A stretch of 64,000 nt of DNA, taken from NCBI GenBank assembly GCA_030704615.1, contig CM060733.1, forward strand, positions 13,330,001 to 13,394,000. Direction: 5' to 3'. Shown one piece after another: positions 52,901 through 64,000 of this stretch (positions are counted from its first letter, which is position 1; the number at the start of each line of letters is the position of its first letter). The translations under genes and the position numbers were made by a program. Under the pieces are notes generated by a model that saw nothing but the letters and a program-made list of their open reading frames with translations, searched no databases and was not told where the DNA came from. Source of the stretch: Takakia lepidozioides. Its lineage: Eukaryota; Plantae; Bryophyta.

Positions 52901-54095
52901 GAAGGAGCGATGGTGGTGTAAGTAGGTGTTGTTCCGATCTTGCTTGTTGCTCTCTCGATCTACTTACGCGTTCGCTCCGAGGTCAATCAGGACGCCTCAC
53001 TGCGGCATGCTGGTGGCGCATGCAGTCATTGAGGGGAATGGCTTCCACATGCTTGCGCCAGGCATGCATTCTTCTCTTCTCTTGATCTTTCGCCGTAAAG
53101 TGCCGAATGAATGTTTCAATTAGTTGCTGCATTTGCACAAAAGGAGGGACCGAAAAGCTTTGCAGCTCTGTCATGTGGTTTCCACGTTCTTTAGATGCAG
53201 GCTCCGGAAGTGCATACTTTCGTCGAGTGTTTGTTCTTAATCTCCCTACTTTGTCCCATTCTCACTTACATTCTTGCAACGGATTATAGGATCAAGTCTG
53301 CTTCATTTGTGCTCCATGTGTGTGCTGGCGCCTCCATGTTCTTTGGTATTGTAATCTTTTGGAGTTGCTCTCCTGGGATGCTGGGCATCAGAAGAAGTTC
53401 TCATTATCATTTAGTGTCTCAGAGTCTAGTGGGGGCGTGCTTAGCTGCTGTATCGTGTGAAACTCTATCGTTTCACACTCTAACCCCGCTTCAATCGCTA
53501 GTGAAATTAGTGTCTGGTTGCTAAGCTACTCTCTCTTCTTTTCCATTTTCACTCCTTGTACTAGCAGAACTAATGAACTAGGGTTCCCTGTAGATATGTC
53601 AGACCACTTCCTTCATCAAGAAGTAGATGAATTCAGACCTATCACGCATCGCTCAGGGATATGTGACTTTACAAACACGCAACCGCCAAATGTTTGCATA
53701 TTTCGAATATTCAGAGCACTCACGTAAATGTGTTTGTGAAAACGCTGGATTGCCAAATACTCCAATTCCACTTCTGGCATAGCCTCTGCAAATTGTACCT
53801 AGCATAATGTTAGCAGCCTTTGTCCCCTTCTGAGACAGAAGTGAATGGGAGCCTATAGTTATCAGAGACATGAGAAGCTGTAGTATATTTTCTCACAAAT
53901 GCATCTGTTCTAGGTGGGAAGTTGGGAAAAGAAGATGGGAGGATAGTTTATCTTTATAGTGCAATTCGGCAGGCAATGGTAGATAAGTCAGGTCAAAATT
54001 TGTTCAAAGGGATCTGACAAGACACTGACAAGACACTAAAGTGACTGATTTCAATGTGTAAGAACTGACAGGGTGAACTGGGGTTCTCTGGATAG

Positions 54096-56611
54096 ATGGC
54101 CGGCTCTTCGCTTAGAAGCAGAGCGCTGGCTGTTCCTGCCAGGCTGGAGGTTTTAAGGGGTCTGTCATCTTCATCATCCTTGTCAGTGGCAATGCCATGG
54201 TGGAGGCAGGCCTGTGAACCTCTTCGGTTAACATTGCAGGTACATCCTGGTCTCCAAGATATTTGCAGTTTTTGCAACTAAGTGATAGGAACCTTGATTT
54301 AGTGGGGGTTTTAGAGCTTCAAGGTTTTGGTTGACACCACTGTGGGATAATCAGATGTCCACCAGCATGCGTGGAGAGAGATATTTGAAGTAAATAGATA
54401 CATCTCTGCTGGTTCCTGGCGGAATTTTGCTGTGATGTACCTGTGAGTGACTGGATACCACCCTTCTTAGCAGGTTGTAATGTTGAAATTCCACCAGCAT
54501 ATGGAGTCCAGGATGGAACCAAGAGAGTGGATGTGCATAGTCGATGTCCATTGGGGTTCAGCGGAATGATTGCTGATTTCATTGTTAAAGGAAGGGACGG
54601 AGACAGATACAAACAGAGGGTTGTGCCTAGCCCGCAACACAAAGATATACATGAATCAGTGGAAAGAGCCTAGGGACCTGATTTCTAAGTAATTCCTGGC
54701 AATTGTGCACCTCTATCTCCTCCTTACAGTTCACGATGACTTTTTCTTGGTGGCAGACAACCAGCCCAGCAAAATCTGTGGTGTTACCGGGCAGGAGTAG
54801 ATTCAATGTGTTTGCCCAAGCAGTCACCACCACCCCTGAGGTAGAGGCAGAAGCTGAGGCCAGCTCTGGAGAGTCCTCAGTGGGTACTCTTGAGGCTACA
54901 ACAGAGGATGGCCCACCTGCAACTTTGAAGACTAAGAAGCTGACCAAGCGGGTTAAGCACATCATGGAGGTAAGAGGAAGGGCCAGTATTTTGTTACTCC
55001 TGTGTGCACTTAGCACTGCAACCATTTTGTTCCAGTCAAACTACCTGTCCCAGCAAGTCTTATCAAGATGTAGTGATGATATTTCTGGCAAATTAGGTTT
55101 CCCGAACCATTTTAACCAATGAAGAAGCACATCTATGGTCGATTGCTAGTCTCCAAAATCCCTATGCCCATAAGGTCTGAGGGAGACTTAAGTTTCATTA
55201 GTGGTTGCTGCTTCTCACTTCCACTCTGCAATCATAATTGGCAGATTTTGGACAAGGAGGCAGTGGAAGCTGCTAACAAAGTGAAGACCATCCCTGATCT
55301 CAGGCCTGGCGATGTGGTCCAGCTCAGAGTTGTAAGCTCTCACTCCACTCTAAAGTATTGCAACGTCAATGCAAAGAATTCAGGAAGCTTCTCTTTTGTC
55401 CATCTGTTATTAATGGTTGATATCATGACAACGCTGATGATGTCTGGTTGGCCACCCCCCTGGATGTAAGCTTAGAAGTAATCCACCATCACGGTGGGTT
55501 TTTTGTAAAGTTGGAACCTATCAAAACTATTATGTGGGTATGTCTCTACTTCTAGAGAAGCAGTTCTGGAATCACCATGCTTTCTGGTCTGATGGCAATA
55601 CCACAGGTGAAAACATTATTATTATGGAAGTGATTGTCATTATCCATGTGAGCATTGTTGTAAATATGTGCTGGTCTCATTTGTTGAACTGATTACTAGT
55701 ATTCGACTTGTCAATTCCCCCTAGGGTATGTAATTGCCCACTTTAACAATGGTCAACAGGTTCAACCCTACCTTGTGAGGTTCAGATTCGGCATGTTGAA
55801 GTGCACAAATGTTTTGGTTGGTTTGCAGGAAGTGCCAGAGAACAAGCGCAGGGTGTCTCTGCTAAGAGGCATTGTGATCTCACGACGCAATGCAGGCATT
55901 GCTACCACATTTCGGATTCGGAGAGTTCTTGCTGGTGTAGGGGTGGAAATGGTCTTTCCTCTGTATGTCTCTTCTCCTCCTTTATCAGAGAGATAGTGAA
56001 GTCCCACATTTGGCTGCCTGAGGGATGTGGGAAATAATTTTGATTTAAGGTCTATTCCCAGGTTGTTGCAAAGACTATGACTGATGGTTTGATATGGTTT
56101 GAGAGGATTATATGAATTGCTCAATGCAGCTCAAAGGTCCCTTGCCATCATGATTGATGATTGCTGGCTACGAATGTTTAGTGTTCGTGAGCCTGTTTCA
56201 GTCATCAGATGTCCTTTAGTTCCTAACACCAAGCATCCAACAGCTGACCTGAGGGGTTAGGGCACAAGGCTGCGTTAGAAGCAGTTGTGGGTTCAAAGGC
56301 ACCTAGGTGTATATTGGATGTCACCGATTATAGCTAACCAGCTATAAAAGGGGGGATCACCGGGTCAACGGTCACTTAATGTGTGCTTACCTGGGACTGA
56401 GTCCTTGTGGGAAGGTTTGGACAGCCGTGTTGCCCTCGTTATGGTTGTTAGAAGGTATCCACCTTCCAGAAAATAACATTATCCTGTCTGTGCATGTGTG
56501 TGCAGTTACTCACCAAACATCAAAGAGATCAAGGTTGTGGATAAGAGGAAGGTCCGGAGGGCAAAGCTCTTTTACTTGCGTGACAAGATTGCTCGGCTCT
56601 CCTCTTGCTGA
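54096..56611 (+). CDS. RPL19: Plastid 50S ribosomal protein L19; exons 54096-54239, 54757-54969, 55245-55331, 55829-55962, 56506-56611
   Basis: Transit-peptide-like N-terminus; [66 protein letters not shown]; intron phases match. Confidence 0.94.
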
Positions 56612-57200
56612 TTTGCTTTTGTTTACCTTAACTGGACATACCAACTCGTATTTTTTCATTTAGGTTCTTATGGCAAGCGCCTCTCTGTTGTCTCAACCCT
56701 GCTGTGTGTGAGACCAGGCTGGGAGTACCTTGAGCATACCAGTCTATATCTGTGTTTCCAGGGCAATGTGCTAGACCCCAAGAGGTAGCTGGTCTTGTCT
56801 GTTGTATTGGTATGCAAGGTCTAAGTTGCCAATGATGTCCGCAAAGAGAGTTGCGAAATCAGGTGCTGGCCATCTGCTACCTATTCTTTTGAGACTACCC
56901 TGCAAAAGATTCCCTGGAAATAAGTTGGTCCCTAGGGTTACACCAAGCAGTGTTTTGGGATGTAAATTCGAGCTTGGAAGCTTATTTGACTGACCCTTTC
57001 CTGCAGTGATTCTCTGTCAAAGAGGCTGGTTCGCAACTAGTATCTCTTGATTTTTATTTTTCTTCAAAAAATAAAAATGGGGGATAGTGGCCCTGAAGCG
57101 CTCTTTTGAGTGGTGAGATCTGCTAACTTGTACTCATAATTAGCTTAAAAACTCAAAAAATAATGCACCATTTATTCTTCAAAGATAATAGAGTTTTGGC

Positions 57201-57735
57201 TCTCATTTTTGAATAATTGGGAGTTTAAGGCTCACACTTGAGCCAGGCAGCGGGCCCCACGCACGGATGTCGGGCTCCCCGCGACCACCCGATGGGTCCG
57301 GGTCTGCTCACTGCAGACAGGTTTGGTCTGAATGGTCTGCCTGGCGTTGCAGCCAAGCCCCCGACTTAGGATTTTTTGCGAAAAAATCGCCCATCAAAAA
57401 AATGGTCATTAATACAAGTTCAGAACCAATCGAAACCATCATTATTGCACATTTGGCATACCCAAAATTGAACTCACATCCTCATAGGTACCACTCAATG
57501 CAACCAACCACCACACTACCCACTGCTTGCTACTATCTCAACATTTGTTTTGGGTCTTAACCTATAAAACAGCCGCACTCAGCCCCAATGCCGCCTAGGG
57601 TCACCCTACTCGCGGCAGACCCGGGCCGGGTCATGGGTCGCGGCGGGGTCACCTAGGGGCGCCCGATGTCCGTGCATGGGGCCCACTGCCTGGCTCACAC
57701 GTGAGCTTTAAACTCCCAATTATTCAACAATGAGA
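57201..57735. mobile_element. MITE-like foldback element with long terminal inverted repeats
   Basis: tctcatt..tgaataattgggagtttaaggctcacacttgagccaggcagcgggcccca.gcacgga is the near reverse complement of ~57660-57735; no coding capacity. Confidence 0.85.
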
Positions 57736-58360
57736 AGCATAAAGTTTTCACAACCTCTGTCCCTATTCTGTAAAATCTAAAAAAAAACAAAAATTGATGT
57801 AAAAATAATAATATAAAAGAGAAAACCAGAGAATGTTTATCTTGGATTACATATGTTATTTGGGTAGATCTCAATACAATATACATTTTATTGCACAGTT
57901 TCCAACATTATTGGGAACATCGTATACAAAGCCTCTCATTTTAAGATAATGGGCACGTGCGATGTGGCCGGTGGGCCCCGCGCACGGACGCCCGGCTCCC
58001 CAGCACCTCGCCCGCCGCTGCGCGCGGTCGCCCAGCTGCGGGTGCGACTGCAGCAACCGCGCCCGCGCCCCCGTCCGCCGCGCGGCCAGTCCCCCCCCCA
58101 TGAGTCCGCTGTCCTCCAGTCTGCCCGCCAGTCCCCTGCCATCCAGTCCGCTGACGGCGCATGATCGCCACCGTCCATTCCCATAACCCATCTGAGCCCT
58201 CCATTTTTAGGGCTGCAATTCAAACCTTTATCCCTGCCTCCTGCCACTTGCCAGCAGCCGCGAACGTGCGCACTGTTCTCCTAGCACGTTGTCGATCGTG
58301 TCATGTACTACGGCGCGTTTCTTGCATGTTCAGAAGCGTGTCCTTTGTACTGTATAGGGC

Positions 58361-61300
58361 ATGGACGTGGAAGCAAAACCCATGATATACTGATCACGGA
58401 AAGCCCGCTTATACGGCCTCTTCGACAATGTTTGCAAACAGCAAAACCAGGACCCTTCAACATGAAGGATCTCCATTGGAAGAGCGAGACGCAATATGGC
58501 TTTATGGGTGTGCGAGTGAATGTTAAAAAGACCTGCATACCTTGGGATAGAGTTGGTGACTTTGTCCTGGGAGAGGAGAGTTTGGAGGACTACCCCACTT
58601 AGTTTTGGGTGAATGTCCATTCTAAAGTGGAACCCGGCTCGCGAAAAGCACCCAGAGCCAACACATTTATGTCCAGTATTATGTGTGCACCATCCTCAAT
58701 CCTTTTGACGTTTCATTGCATGTCTGTTGTCATTTTTTGTTTCACGAGTTCTTTGATTTTATGCTTCCTCAAGTCGTTGGATATCGATTTTAGAATTTTC
58801 TGTCCAGGTATCAATGCTGTTACGGTCCTGATGATAAGCGCACCAACAAGGCAATAGTGGAGGATCCAAAACAGAAGCGTGGAGGACCTCTTGTGGGTGT
58901 TGGAACATCTTGCCCTCATAAAGGCCCAAGGAGAAAGAAGTCGGAGTATGGAGGGTCTTACAAGCGTGGTTGCCAATGCTGTTTCAAGATCCAGCAATGT
59001 TATCTCGCCCCTGACATCTGTGTCCTCACGTACTACAACAATATGGAGCATACAGATGCGCAAGGGAAACCCTCGCATGGGAAGTCCGCAGAGTTCAGGA
59101 ACACCCGCCACACCTATGCACCACACATTAGCGAGGAATTGAAAGCCTGGGTCGTCGAGTGTTTGTGCCGAGGCCTGTCGGTCGCCCAAATCATGATGGA
59201 GCATAAAGAGCACGTGATGAAACAACACCGGCTTGGGCGATGCATGGACCCGCGATGATTTCTTGTTGGAGCAAGATGTTCGCAACCTTGCCGAGAAACG
59301 TGTGTGGCAAACCTTCAAAAAACATGCCGATGATGCGGAGAGTGTGCGCATGTGGAGATACCAGAATCCTGTGTCCGTTTTTTCTATCAAGAGGAGAAAT
59401 TAGAGCCAACATTCGAGCATTTTGATGGAGATTTGACATTCACTATTGGCATACAGACTCCATGGCAGAAACGACGAATGCTGGAACTAGGACATGACCG
59501 TATCGTTGCATGTGATGCAACCTTTGGGACAAATCATGACAATGTACTATTTGAACGATTCCATGGACTTGTACGAGCATGATAGCATAGTACCATGCAA
59601 CATTCACATAAAATTTGGTGTGCTGACCATTTATGTATGTTTTCATGTGTACGCGGAAGACCGAGGGGCAGACCCATTGTGAACCGCTGCAGACCTCATC
59701 ACTCTTATAAAGTCTTCTCGTGCAGAACTGAGCGGAATTTGCATGCTTTGACCATCTTACATTGTGCATTCCAACAGTTCCCATTGTACACGATGATGGT
59801 CTTCGACGAGTGGTTGAACGGTAAACCAGTTGCCTATATCCTATCCGCGAGGAATCGGACAAGAGACCTGGTTCCGTGGATGAGAGCCTTGCGTGATTCA
59901 CTCCTCGCAGATTTGCCGAGCTGGCGACCCAATGCCTTCATCGTGGACGATGCCGAAGTAGAAATCAACGTTATTCGGTAAGTCTGTTGGTCCACAGCAC
60001 CGGTCCATTGTCGAGGTCCACTGCAGCAGTCCATTGCTACAGTCCACTGGCAGACTCCTGTGGCGAAACTCGATGGCAGTTCGCTGGGCAAATCCACTGG
60101 TAGTCCGCTGTCAAGTCCGCTCATCAGTCTGATGTAGTCCGCTGCCCCAGTCCTAGCTAGGGGAAGTCCAATGGGGAAACCTCTCATTTTAAGATAATAG
60201 GGTCTTCAATGGGCATGTCCAATGGGGTTATTCCAGCACATCAACGTCATGGCATTATACTGTCCACTGGGCGAGTCCAGTGGCTCTGCCCGCTGATACA
60301 GGTCGCTATTACAGTCCACTCCGGCAGTCCACCATTGCAGTCCGAAGACTCTAATGTGTACCATGTGTGTTGTACAGAATGTTTTTTGAAGGAGTACTCA
60401 TTTTCCTCTGCCTTTGGCATGTCCGCAAGGCATGGGTGAAGCAATCATGCAAGAAAACGAAGGATCCGGTGACCGCTGTAAACTTGTTGAAGGATATGAG
60501 AGACCTCATGTACTGTAGAGGGGGACCACGCAACGAGAAAAGAGCGCTTCGGTGGGTTGCAAGGAGAATCCGTCGTATGAGGTCAAAATACCCGAAAGGA
60601 CATGAATTTCTTGACTATATCGAACAGTACTGGAAGCCAAAATAGCAATGTGGTGTACAGCAGCCCGCCATGTCCCTCATGCGAGCCAAGACACAAACGC
60701 AAGCATTGAGGCATACCATGGAAATCTGAAGGCAAGACTTGCCATGGGGAAAGGCAAGATGAGTGGTCGTAGAGTGGACTGGCTTATATGGGGAACTCAC
60801 TGGCCGTGTGCTAATACACTACTGTACGCAATCCATTTGAAGACCCACGGGTTCATAAGAAATGACAAATATGAAAAGTACATATCCAGTTCTATACTTG
60901 CGGCACGCTGAGAGTGTTACTCTTCCCTTGGGTCCTGGTGAACCAGCCTACGTTCTCAGCAACCCCCCCGGCACAACATACATTGTTTACAATCCTGATT
61001 GCGATTGGGGTTGTTGCACGTGCCCATGGGCAATGAAGGGAAACTTATGCAAGCATCAGGTCCGTGTCCTGAAGATGCTTCACCCTGACCTGCAGGATGG
61101 CCTCCTTGTGCGCGCTTGTGGCACGGCGCTGGGAACCATTCATGGAGGATTACCTAACTTGCTCTTGTCGGCGGCAACAACGAATCCAATCAGTTCATAG
61201 AAAGACATCCTCCGGACGACTTCCCCTACGACGAGGCACCTCTGGGTCTCAGCCTCAATGGAACAAGAATTCGCGGACATACTTCGCATTGTAGGTGATG

Positions 61301-61581
61301 ACAAATACCTGGAGGCACATGCCCGATCTGCTCTTCATATGTGCAGAGGGCAGCTCGTTGATATCCTGGCGAAAAGTGCGGCTGGAATGTTGCACCCTGC
61401 GGCAGCGAAGGCTTTCCGTCCTCTGAACGACAACAACAACATGTCTCTGAAAAGGAGACGAGATTTCGTGGAGGCCTGGAAAACCCGGCCTAGGGTTTTG
61501 CGGAGAACCAGCAAGAGGGTGTCTGCCCTGCACCTGCAGCACATATATACTCGAAAATTTGCAAGGTTTCAGGTCGTGTAG
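58361..61581 (+). pseudogene. MULE (Mutator) transposase with SWIM finger, spliced, with stops and frameshifts
   Basis: KRGCQCCF, FTIGIQTPWQ, ACDATFGTN, FPLYTMMVFD, FIVDDAEVE, LCLWHVRKAW, DTNASIEAYHGNLK, RRVDWL, CTCPWAMKGNLCKH. Confidence 0.88.
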
Positions 61582-62318
61582 ATGTCACGAAAAAGACATA
61601 AGTCTGCAATGCCTCGAAAAGAGACAAGGTTTCACGTTGTGTAGGTGTCACGAAGAAGACAATATAAGTTGCAATTCCTCTGTAGCATTGTCCCTTTCTG
61701 AAATACAAGTCCGCAATGGACTAATGCACAGTCTCCCAACGGACTCCTCCAGTCTCCAGTCCCATTCCCCAACTCCTGGGTCTCCCAAGCATAGTCTCCC
61801 AACGGACTCACGCACAGTCTCCCAACAGAGTCACAGTCAACAGACTGCGAGCGCCAGTAAGCCAGTCTGCTGGTCAGTCTGCTGCCCACTCCAAAAGTCT
61901 GCTCACCACACTTCCACCTCATCCCTGCAACTCTTCCAGCAGACTGCTGGACAGACTAAGTCTCAAGCAGACTCATCCACAACAGCAGACAAAATGGACA
62001 GGCTCCAGTGGACTACCTCCTAACGACTCATGCCAATCCAGCGTCCCAGCGGACTCATGGACATGGTGCCTACCAGACTAGGTACCAGACCCACCAGTCC
62101 TAGCCTCGGCAGCGTACTGTCGCACATTCAAGCTCAGCAGACTCGGGTGCACAGTGCATGGAAAAATTGACACCATTGTGTCCATTGAGTTTAGTGACAA
62201 CATTACAAAACATGCCAGCACCCACAGTACACAAAAGTGCTCATCACCACTGGAATAGTAAGCGAAAAGACTCGCATTTTTTATTTCGGTACATAGACTT
62301 CACACAAGTACATCATAC

Positions 62319-63970
62319 TCATGAGAGCAGTTTCTCTACATTGTCCAACCCCCGCACGATATACTGGGCACACTGCATTCGCTGCCCAAGTGCAAACTTG
62401 AAAGTAAACCAGTCCTTCGTGAAAGGTGTTCCTCTCTCTGGCTTTGCAGTCTTGGAGACATTTGCTCTGACTTTTACCCACTCATAAAACACTTGAATGA
62501 ATGACATGACGTAAAAGCCACACTCCCAGCTGAATGGTTGCTGGGCACATCAGGCGCGTGGAACTGAAATGCTTGGACAATCTCATGCCACTCTGGTGAG
62601 TCCATCGAGTACCCTAAGCACTCAGCATGAAGCTTCCGAATCCACCCTAGAACAAAGGGACATTTATGCGAGTCCCTGATAGAGTTCAGGTGAGTGTAAC
62701 AGCCCTTGCGGAGGTCGATGATACAAACACTCCAGTGCCCCCTGCAATGGTATCAAACAACATGGCGTCATTGCACAATCATGATGGGCAGACTCAGCAG
62801 ACTGACACTCAGCAGACCGACCACTCAGCAGACTCAATCTTCAAACCCAGTCCACTGCACAAATACAGAGGTCAACTTAATCGCTCAGAGTCAAGACGAC
62901 ACTGCGAAACCAGACTATGACTCAGGAGACAGTCTCAGCAGACTCGGAAGAGTTCTTACTCGTCCCCAATTGGCACCAAAATGAAATCGCACTCTTCAAG
63001 TCCTTGCCCAGTCGTTCAGTGCTGAGGCAACCTTTCAAGACCTCCAGAAGGCTTTCATGTTGCCCCACCCCCAATGACTTCAACACCGTCCACGTCGACG
63101 TTGGACAACAATAGTGTTGGTGAACGCAGCCTCAACCGACTTCTCATAGAATCGACACCACAGCTCCAGGAGTCTATCTGTGCACTCCGACTCAACCTTC
63201 TGGAGCGCCTTTATGTCATCCGGCGACAGTCCGCATTCAAACCGTGGGTCCCCTTCAAAAAACATCAGCATGGAATTACCCGCCTTCACGTGCAGAGCAT
63301 GTGCTTTGCCAAACCGAGCACCCATCCTGCACAGAGCAGACCATCCTTCGGGAAGCCTCATGTACTGAACAGACTGACGTCAACATGGTACCAAACACTC
63401 TACAGGCTGAACATTCATCATCAGACTGACAAGACTAACCACAACAGACAATGATGAAACCAGCAGCAGACTGACCACAACAGACGCAAGCACTTAACGA
63501 CAAAGACAGACGAGGAGACTGAGCACAGTACTCACCTGTGCTGCTCCAGGAAACGACCCACATCTTTGTCCATGTCCAAGGCCAGCTTGCGGTTCTTGTT
63601 CATAAAGACGCCAGACTTTTTCTTCGCCGGTCTCTTGGTACTCGGACCCTCCTCGACCTCCTCAGCATGGTCCACGACAGTCCGCTTCTTGGCTTTGCCT
63701 CTCCCCTGGGAAGCAGGGACAGCTGTAGGCGGGCTGGATAGAGCAGACAAACGCAGCGCTGCCGCCCCCTACTTCGCAACAGGCTGGTCAGCAGGTTTGT
63801 TTACACTTGCTGGACCTGTCTTTGCAGCTTCGTGGGTCGCATGCGTAGAACTGACCCGCGCATCGGGGGGCGTGCTCACCCCCACACCTTTCTTATCCCA
63901 CGTTTGCAGCATGGGCGGAAGATGTCATGTCCTCAGAAGTAGACAGTCTGCCGACGGAGGGACGAACATC
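62319..63970 (-). pseudogene. Ulp1-like (peptidase C48) protease gene convergent on the MULE transposase; 5' part runs off the window
   Basis: Spliced and frameshifted reading CDFILVPIGD|EGHWSVCIIDL...THLNSI...VP(Q)QPFSWECGFYVMSFI; acceptor before 62741; basic NLS-like exon at 63536-63970. Confidence 0.75.
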
Positions 63971-64000
63971 CTGTGAGGATACCGAGCAAAATGGCGAATT

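Overview
Eukaryotic nuclear DNA from a non-seed land plant. An axonemal dynein implies flagellated sperm, a DYW-PPR gene implies organellar C-to-U editing, and introns are short GT-AG. Host genes: the 3' end of an inner-arm dynein heavy chain, a PLS-E-DYW editing factor, mitochondrial HSP60, plastid RPL19, and a rhodanese gene split by an 18-kb chromovirus (ACTTA target-site duplication). The rest is transposon-rich: LINEs, CACTA, MITEs, two Ty3/Gypsy elements and two Mutator-like elements. The main result is an 11.3-kb TIR element (31097-42355) nested in the chromovirus integrase. It carries a Mutator-type SWIM transposase and, divergently, a spliced cargo gene joining a ParB/Srx-like domain (DGNHR) to a beta-class N6A/N4C DNA amino-methyltransferase-like domain. 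Two of the cargo introns hold arrays of a conserved ~22-24-bp palindrome. Separately, a degraded Gypsy element (18.6-23 kb) carries a C5-cytosine methyltransferase between protease and RT, plus a PHD finger. All domain calls are by-eye motif recognition with no database search.
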